A stretch of 64,000 nucleotides of DNA. Origin: Zygnema circumcarinatum SAG 698-1b (Eukaryota > Plantae > Zygnematophyceae). Position 1 is the first letter of the stretch, and each line of letters begins with the position of its first letter. The notes beneath the pieces are model-generated. The model searched no databases. It saw only the letters and a program-made list of their open reading frames with translations, and was not told where the DNA came from. Positions 61,158 to 64,000 of this stretch are shown here, piece after piece. The stretch is taken from assembly GCA_037447605.1 (NCBI GenBank), contig CM074807.1, forward strand, positions 992,001 to 1,056,000. The letters run 5' to 3'. A program made the position numbers and the translations under genes.

Positions 61158-64000
61158 ATGGCGCTGGCAGAGCCTCGGCTCCCTCCTGCAGGGGCCATGG
61201 GCTGGCAGCCATGGCCGGGCTGCTTGCGCTCTGCGGCCAGGCCAAGGGCGGTATCTCGGCTACAATGTCTCCGCTTTTCGGAACTCGAACTCTCTCCAGT
61301 CGTTCTCGCAGCATCAGCATTCACTCGCTTCTCTGAATCCAGAAACGGTTTGGGGGAGTTTGTTCGGAAAGGGGGGTGCTGGAGGAGGGAGGGGTCGAGG
61401 AGGGGCATACGTCAAGATCGGCCATGGTCCATTAGGCTGCATTCCTTTCCAAAGCACAGAATAGGCACACACGCTGAGGTGCAGGATTTTCATCTAGTCG
61501 AAAAATTATCTCTAAAAGCATGCCGAATACTCAATGCATTTCAAGAATGGGCGCATCGAGCAGCAAAATGGATAACTCAATTGCTAGATGCAGTTTTTCC
61601 CGATACCATTCTCCAGCTGGCAAAGCGAGCCTTCGTTATTTTTTCATTGGGGGCAGCCATTTTTGCAGCCAGCTGTTTTGATGCAACCTTGACGATGAGA
61701 GAGAGCAAGGCATTACAGGAGCATTCTGCAAACTTACATGCTGCAACTCCTCTGGAACATAACATTTCGCCGCTTGGTAGCGTCGTCAGTCGAGAAGTTG
61801 TGCATCCTTTATCTTCCAAGGCGCCAGGTTCGCTTGTCGTCGATCCTGGCGAATTGACGGCAGAGGAAGAAATATCCCTCCGTTTATGGCTTGAGGATGT
61901 GAAGAATGAGGCCCGTGGAATTGGAATCTCTGAGAAGACATTGGAGCTAGCATTGGACGGAGTGCGGCCTTTGCCAAAGGTGGTGGAGAAGGATCGCAGT
62001 CAACCGGAGGTCGTGCTCACTGCGAAGCAATATCTAAGCAGGTATCGACGTCCGCTCTTGTTTGAAATGTGTGGGAACTTAAGTGCTATATATTTCTAAA
62101 AGCCATACTAGTGGAGTGTTTCTCTTAAACTCTCAGCATCGATAATATGTTTGACTACGTATCCTGCTCTTTGATGTCATACAACTTGGTTTAACTTCAT
62201 AAGAAGAACTAGTTGCTTGGCTTTGGTTGATACTGACAGATATTAGTTCTGTATGTGGCAGTCGTGTGAATCCCTACACCGTCAAGAAGGGTGTGGAACA
62301 CTATAAGCGTTGGAAAGATCTATTGAGTGAAGTTGAGAAGCAATATGGAGTGCCTGGTAGTGTCCTCGTGTCACTATGGGGTACAGAGAGCAGGTGAGTC
62401 TTTTGTCACTGAAGTCCAACTCCATCTTAAGTCTGCAGCTCTGCTTTCAATAATAAATGGGCAGTTCTTTTTTTCTGCGTAGGAGATGTTAGGGGCGAGC
62501 ATATTATCGAGTGGAGCAAACCTAAAGCAATGCGTGTATATGCAATAATGAATTCCAGCTCGATCTATGTCTTATCCTTCCACTCCTTTTGATTTATCTT
62601 CACATGATTTGATGACTTTCTCCATGTACATTTGATGGCATCGCCATCGTGAGATCAATGCCACATCACTCTCTCTGTTCCCATGATAAGCATATGAGTC
62701 AGTTCTCAGATAGCATATGAATATTGCATTGAGATGGTTGTCGGAATTGAGTAGAATCCGGTCCTACCTCGTCCCTTGCCTTGTGAGCTTAAGATTTCTC
62801 CCAGTCCTATAAGCGACATTCTCCATTCTGGACCATTCTTTGTGCAGCCGTCCTTAGCTTAGAAAAGCAGCAGGTCCAAGCTGTGCCCTTGGCGCTGGTC
62901 AGGTGTGGATGAAGCCGCGCTTTTGCGGGTGGAGCTGTGGCTTCACCAGCTATGGCAGGAATCAGGGCAGCTTTGACGCAATACAAGCACTCTTCACACT
63001 AGCACGGAACAGTGAGCAGGTGCATCCCTTTGAAGCATCTTTGCATTCACTTGAACTTTTTAGGACGACCTCTGGAGAGTCGGGAAGGTGCTTTAACCAT
63101 TGTCAAAGGTGCTCTGTAGCATAACGACCGATGGTTTTATCCTTTTTCATTTCCTTGGTATCCCTATATATGAATTCTCCGGTCTTCCAAAACATTTCAC
63201 ACTAGTTGAATAGTTGCTTCTAGGCTGAAGAACTGCATTTTCAACGGAAACGGCGATTACCCAATGATGACATTCGAAGCAGTCAGAAATCCTCTTACAT
63301 TTTGACTGGGAATTCGTTCTGCAGTCTCAGCGGGCAGCATACTTTCGTAAGGAGCTTATTGAAGCTTTGCGACTTATGGATGGTCCAAATATGGAGGTGC
63401 GTTTGCGGAGTTCATGGGCGGGTGCTCTCGGCCAATGCCAGTTTATGCCCTCCTCCTACAGAGCGTACTCCGTTGACTTTGACCGAGATGGGCTGGCAGG
63501 TAAACAGACGGCATTCTGGTCCAAGTCCAGAACGTCAATACATATTTTTTTAAGGAGAATTTGGGTGCGGGTGTCATGTAGAGAAGGCCGAAAAAGTTAC
63601 AATCTTGTTTGGGAAGAAAAGTGGAAATTGGAGTTCAAGAGCTGAATTGTTAAGGGGTGAACGTTGATCAATCGGCAGCTGCATTGCCTGCATCGCTACA
63701 TCTCATGTGACGTTTGTTTGAGGGTGCAGACATTTGGACATCGGAAGCAGATGCTTTTGCATCCATGGCCAATTACTTGGTGAAGAATGGGTGGCAGTAT
63801 GGAGCGCCCATAGGCCAAATGGTGATGCCCTTTTTTTCTTGTCCACCATCTTCTTGTATCAGAACCCTGCAACTCTTGTATAACTCTTCATGCTTTTATG
63901 TTCTCCTCCCCTGTGCTTACAGCAGATTGACAAAAACAGCTGCTAACTCCATTCGTAAGTTCTGAATGTTGTTGTGCAGGCAACCATTCCTGCACGCTTT
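61158..64000 (+). CDS. mltB: Lytic murein transglycosylase B (MltB / SLT_2 family), putatively plastid-targeted; 3'-partial
   Basis: Spliced protein: WLEDVKNEARGIGISEKTL..D.SQPE, VEKQYGVPGSVLVSLWGTESSYG (catalytic Glu), ALFTLA, YFRKELIEAL, SSWAGALGQCQFMPSSY, VDFDRDGLADIW (EF-hand-like loop), ASMANYL..GW. At least 5 in-phase GT-AG introns. Confidence 0.9.

Noticed and set aside
61158-64000. Bacterial contamination or chimeric contig as the source of mltB
   Set aside because: The gene has multiple in-phase spliceosomal introns, a eukaryotic N-terminal extension and the same composition as its neighbours.

Overview
Intron-rich eukaryotic nuclear DNA, most likely from a non-seed streptophyte (charophyte alga or bryophyte-grade plant). 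This is inferred from plant-type IRE and NTMC2T6-like genes, TTTAGGG-type repeats and a spliced, plastid-type MltB peptidoglycan transglycosylase; the species cannot be named. About 12 spliced genes, in order: a partial unknown gene (-), an MGAT5/GnT-V-like GT18 glycosyltransferase (+), an IRE/MAST-family kinase (-), an aldo-keto reductase (-, split by an assembly gap), SLC43/FMP42-like MFS transporter copy 1 (-), an MCY1-type cysteine-synthase-like enzyme (+), a DUF836 glutaredoxin-like protein (+), a FAM135/DUF676 hydrolase (-), SLC43/FMP42-like copy 2 (-), an SMP-C2 protein (+), a Myb/trihelix-like protein (-) and MltB (+, runs off the window). Gene bodies look CpG-poor and promoters are CpG-rich islands with G-box and GTAC clusters. 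There are many microsatellites, four telomere-like arrays and three N10 gaps. No tRNA, rRNA or CRISPR was seen. Most interesting: (1) an animal-type GnT-V homologue in a plant-lineage genome; (2) opposed telomere-like arrays bracketing an in-frame 411-nt three-exon block, plus a duplicated splice acceptor; (3) MltB with a transit peptide followed by a lipoprotein-signal-like segment; (4) a promoter-like island inside the kinase gene; (5) duplicated alternative first exons of the Myb-like gene. All gene models were spliced and translated by hand, and family assignments rest on recalled motifs, not database searches.
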